Part shown: positions 62,201-64,000 of the stretch, piece by piece
Layout of the letters: every line of letters starts with the position of its first letter
Numbering within the stretch: the first letter of the stretch is position 1
Translations under genes and position numbers: made by a program
Notes under the pieces: generated by a model
Database searches by the model: none
Told to the model about the DNA's origin: nothing
The model's input: the letters and a program-made list of their open reading frames with translations, nothing else
DNA from: Laetmonice hystrix
Lineage: Eukaryota
Direction of reading: 5' to 3'
Assembly: GCA_965235115.1 (NCBI GenBank)
Contig: OZ249436.1
Location: 46,316,001-46,380,000 of the forward strand
DNA length: 64,000 nucleotides

Positions 62201-62949
62201 CATAGCCGCCCTATGCTGTAAGCAATATCTTGATTTTCATTCAGTGCTGTGCATGACGCGTGTATTTCATTAAGATCCAGGCCTGGAATACATCAATTTA
62301 CATCCATGGTTTGAGACTCAGCATGACAACAATAGTTGTATGATACGTTGTGTATGATATATGACACGACTGCTGTTCTATAATGGTCAGGGTCAGACAA
62401 GGTGAATAGGTCCATGTTATAAAGCCCGCTATAACGAGGTTTGCTGGCGTAGAGTTTAAGAGCGAAGTTCACGGTTGGCAGCTAACCGAGACAAGCAGGA
62501 TATAGCACCGTTCATTACCCTATTATCGCTCAAACACTTGGCACAGATGTCCGAATGCGTATTTGCGTTTCGCCTAATAACAAACGATCCGAGCAATTAG
62601 CTTGGCAAACATTGTGTATACAAAACAGTTTGGTGGTTCAGAGATCAGGATGTTGATAAAGGTGGGCCAAACACCAATGTTTTCATTAATACAGGTAGGA
62701 TAAATATGACATCTATATTTCTAAAGACAATGTAGGCTATTTAGTCACAGGCTTCTAAGGTGTCGACCATGGTCGTAAAATCTCACCCTGTAATAAGTAC
62801 AGGAGAAACTCATTGTTTAACTGAAATATGTGGGAACTCCCACAAAGTTTATTGATGTTCGGTGTGCCCAGTTTTTGAGATTGAAGAGAGAAGAAGGCCA
62901 CATTGTATCATGGTAATTCCAAGATAATAAAAGTACTAATAGATATGAT

Positions 62950-63345
62950 TTTGTTTTGCCCTCCCAAGTTCACGTCTCTAATCGTCCTTGTTACATAACC
63001 CCTTGACGAGAGCGAACACTTTGTGCTAACATTGTGTGTCATTGATTTTGTAGGTGACCTCTGAGTGCTGACGGTCAGAATGGGTAGCTGAACCCTGACG
63101 GAGAGTAACTCGTGCCCAGTTGATCTCTGACATCCCACAGTCAGTTCTCGTGACGGACTCAAGGATATCCCCATGAATTGTTCAGACGAGAAGTAGTGTT
63201 CAACTTGAGAACGGCGCGGGACACAGAGAGGAGTGAGTGACCGGTGGCCCGCCAACCTACACGACGTATCCATCCGGCTGATAGACTCTACGGCTGGCTG
63301 GCTGGTAGACAGACAGCCTTGACTCCAGGATAAGAGCTCCATCAC
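62950..63345 (-). mobile_element. Decayed LINE RT fragment
   Basis: 'ELLSWSQGCLS..QPAV...VPRRS' resembles LL.W...YLS.R.Q.V...GVPQGS. Confidence 0.45.
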
Positions 63346-63440
63346 TCAATCAGTCCTGCCACTGATGCTGGACTCGATTACTGGTCCCAAGCTTCCGGTG
63401 GCCAAACTGATCTCATAACCAGCATACAGACGCAGATTTG

Positions 63441-63481
63441 TGACGTCATCAATTGGATATAATGCCGGGATTAACGGATTA
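63441..63481 (+). promoter_or_regulatory. Candidate proximal promoter motif cluster
   Basis: Full CRE TGACGTCA (63441-63448), ATTGG (63452-63456), TATAAT, and two GGATTA (K50 homeodomain-type) sites at 63468 and 63476, about 150-190 bp upstream of the ATG. Confidence 0.4.
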
Positions 63482-63626
63482 AAGGCCGACTGTGTAGCAG
63501 TGTGTGTGCTACCAGTCGGCTGGCAGCGTGTGTGATCACGTTAGCAGTGTGTGTTTAAGTGGAGATCCAAGTGGAGTACGTGATTGTTGACTACGAAGGA
63601 GAGCATTGTATAAGACATAACTAACC

Positions 63627-63732
63627 ATGGAGTGGCAGTACATACTACGGAAGGCACTTTATGTGACCTTGACATTCTTGCTACAGGTTGACCTTGGCCT
63701 AGTAGCTGACCCGCCGACCTTCAGACCTACCG
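63627..63732 (+). CDS. First coding exon of a probable secreted or membrane protein (signal peptide); gene continues beyond the window
   Basis: ACCATGG Kozak context; MEWQYILRKALYVTLTFLLQVDLGLVADPPTFRPT (basic then hydrophobic stretch, possible LVA|D cleavage); ends at CG|GTAAGT phase-1 donor followed by AT-rich intron-like DNA. Confidence 0.6.
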
Positions 63733-64000
63733 GTAAGTCTTGTAAATTATAATAATTATAATTCACTCTGTCTGGTGGTAGTAATTGTTTAATAATGTTA
63801 TTGTCAATATATCGAGAAGTATGTGTTATAAATATTGAAAGGAATTAGTAGACTAACTATGGATGCACCTGGTTTATAACATTTGGATGAAATGCCATGT
63901 TATATCGACATGAAATCCAAGAGATCCTGTAGTTTTAATTCATTTATTATACATTAACATCGACGTTTGCTTTACCATGTTGGTGACACAGAGTTAGAGA

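Noticed and set aside
1..64000. Whole window as a uni-strand piRNA cluster
   Set aside because: LINE relics lie on both strands in similar numbers; cannot be supported without small-RNA data.

Overview
Animal-type (probably invertebrate) eukaryotic genomic DNA, mostly intergenic or intronic, with no intact multi-exon gene, operon, rRNA/tRNA or CRISPR array visible. About a quarter of the window (roughly 17 kb by summing array spans) is occupied by about 20 unrelated micro/minisatellite arrays with units of 2-82 bp. All long ORFs in the track are artefacts of these arrays. The DNA between arrays is largely heavily decayed transposon debris recognised by eye from residual motifs: CR1/L2-like LINE RT fragments on both strands, several DIRS/Ngaro-like RT/RNase H/tyrosine recombinase relics on the minus strand, and one possible Crypton-like relic. 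Four non-autonomous TIR elements are visible. The best gene candidate is a + strand signal-peptide first coding exon at 63627-63732. The most striking pattern is that most of the young, homogeneous minisatellites appear to be local amplifications of a short segment inside an ancient retroelement coding relic, with the relic continuing collinearly on both sides. Relic calls are manual motif matches, not database hits, and relic boundaries are approximate.
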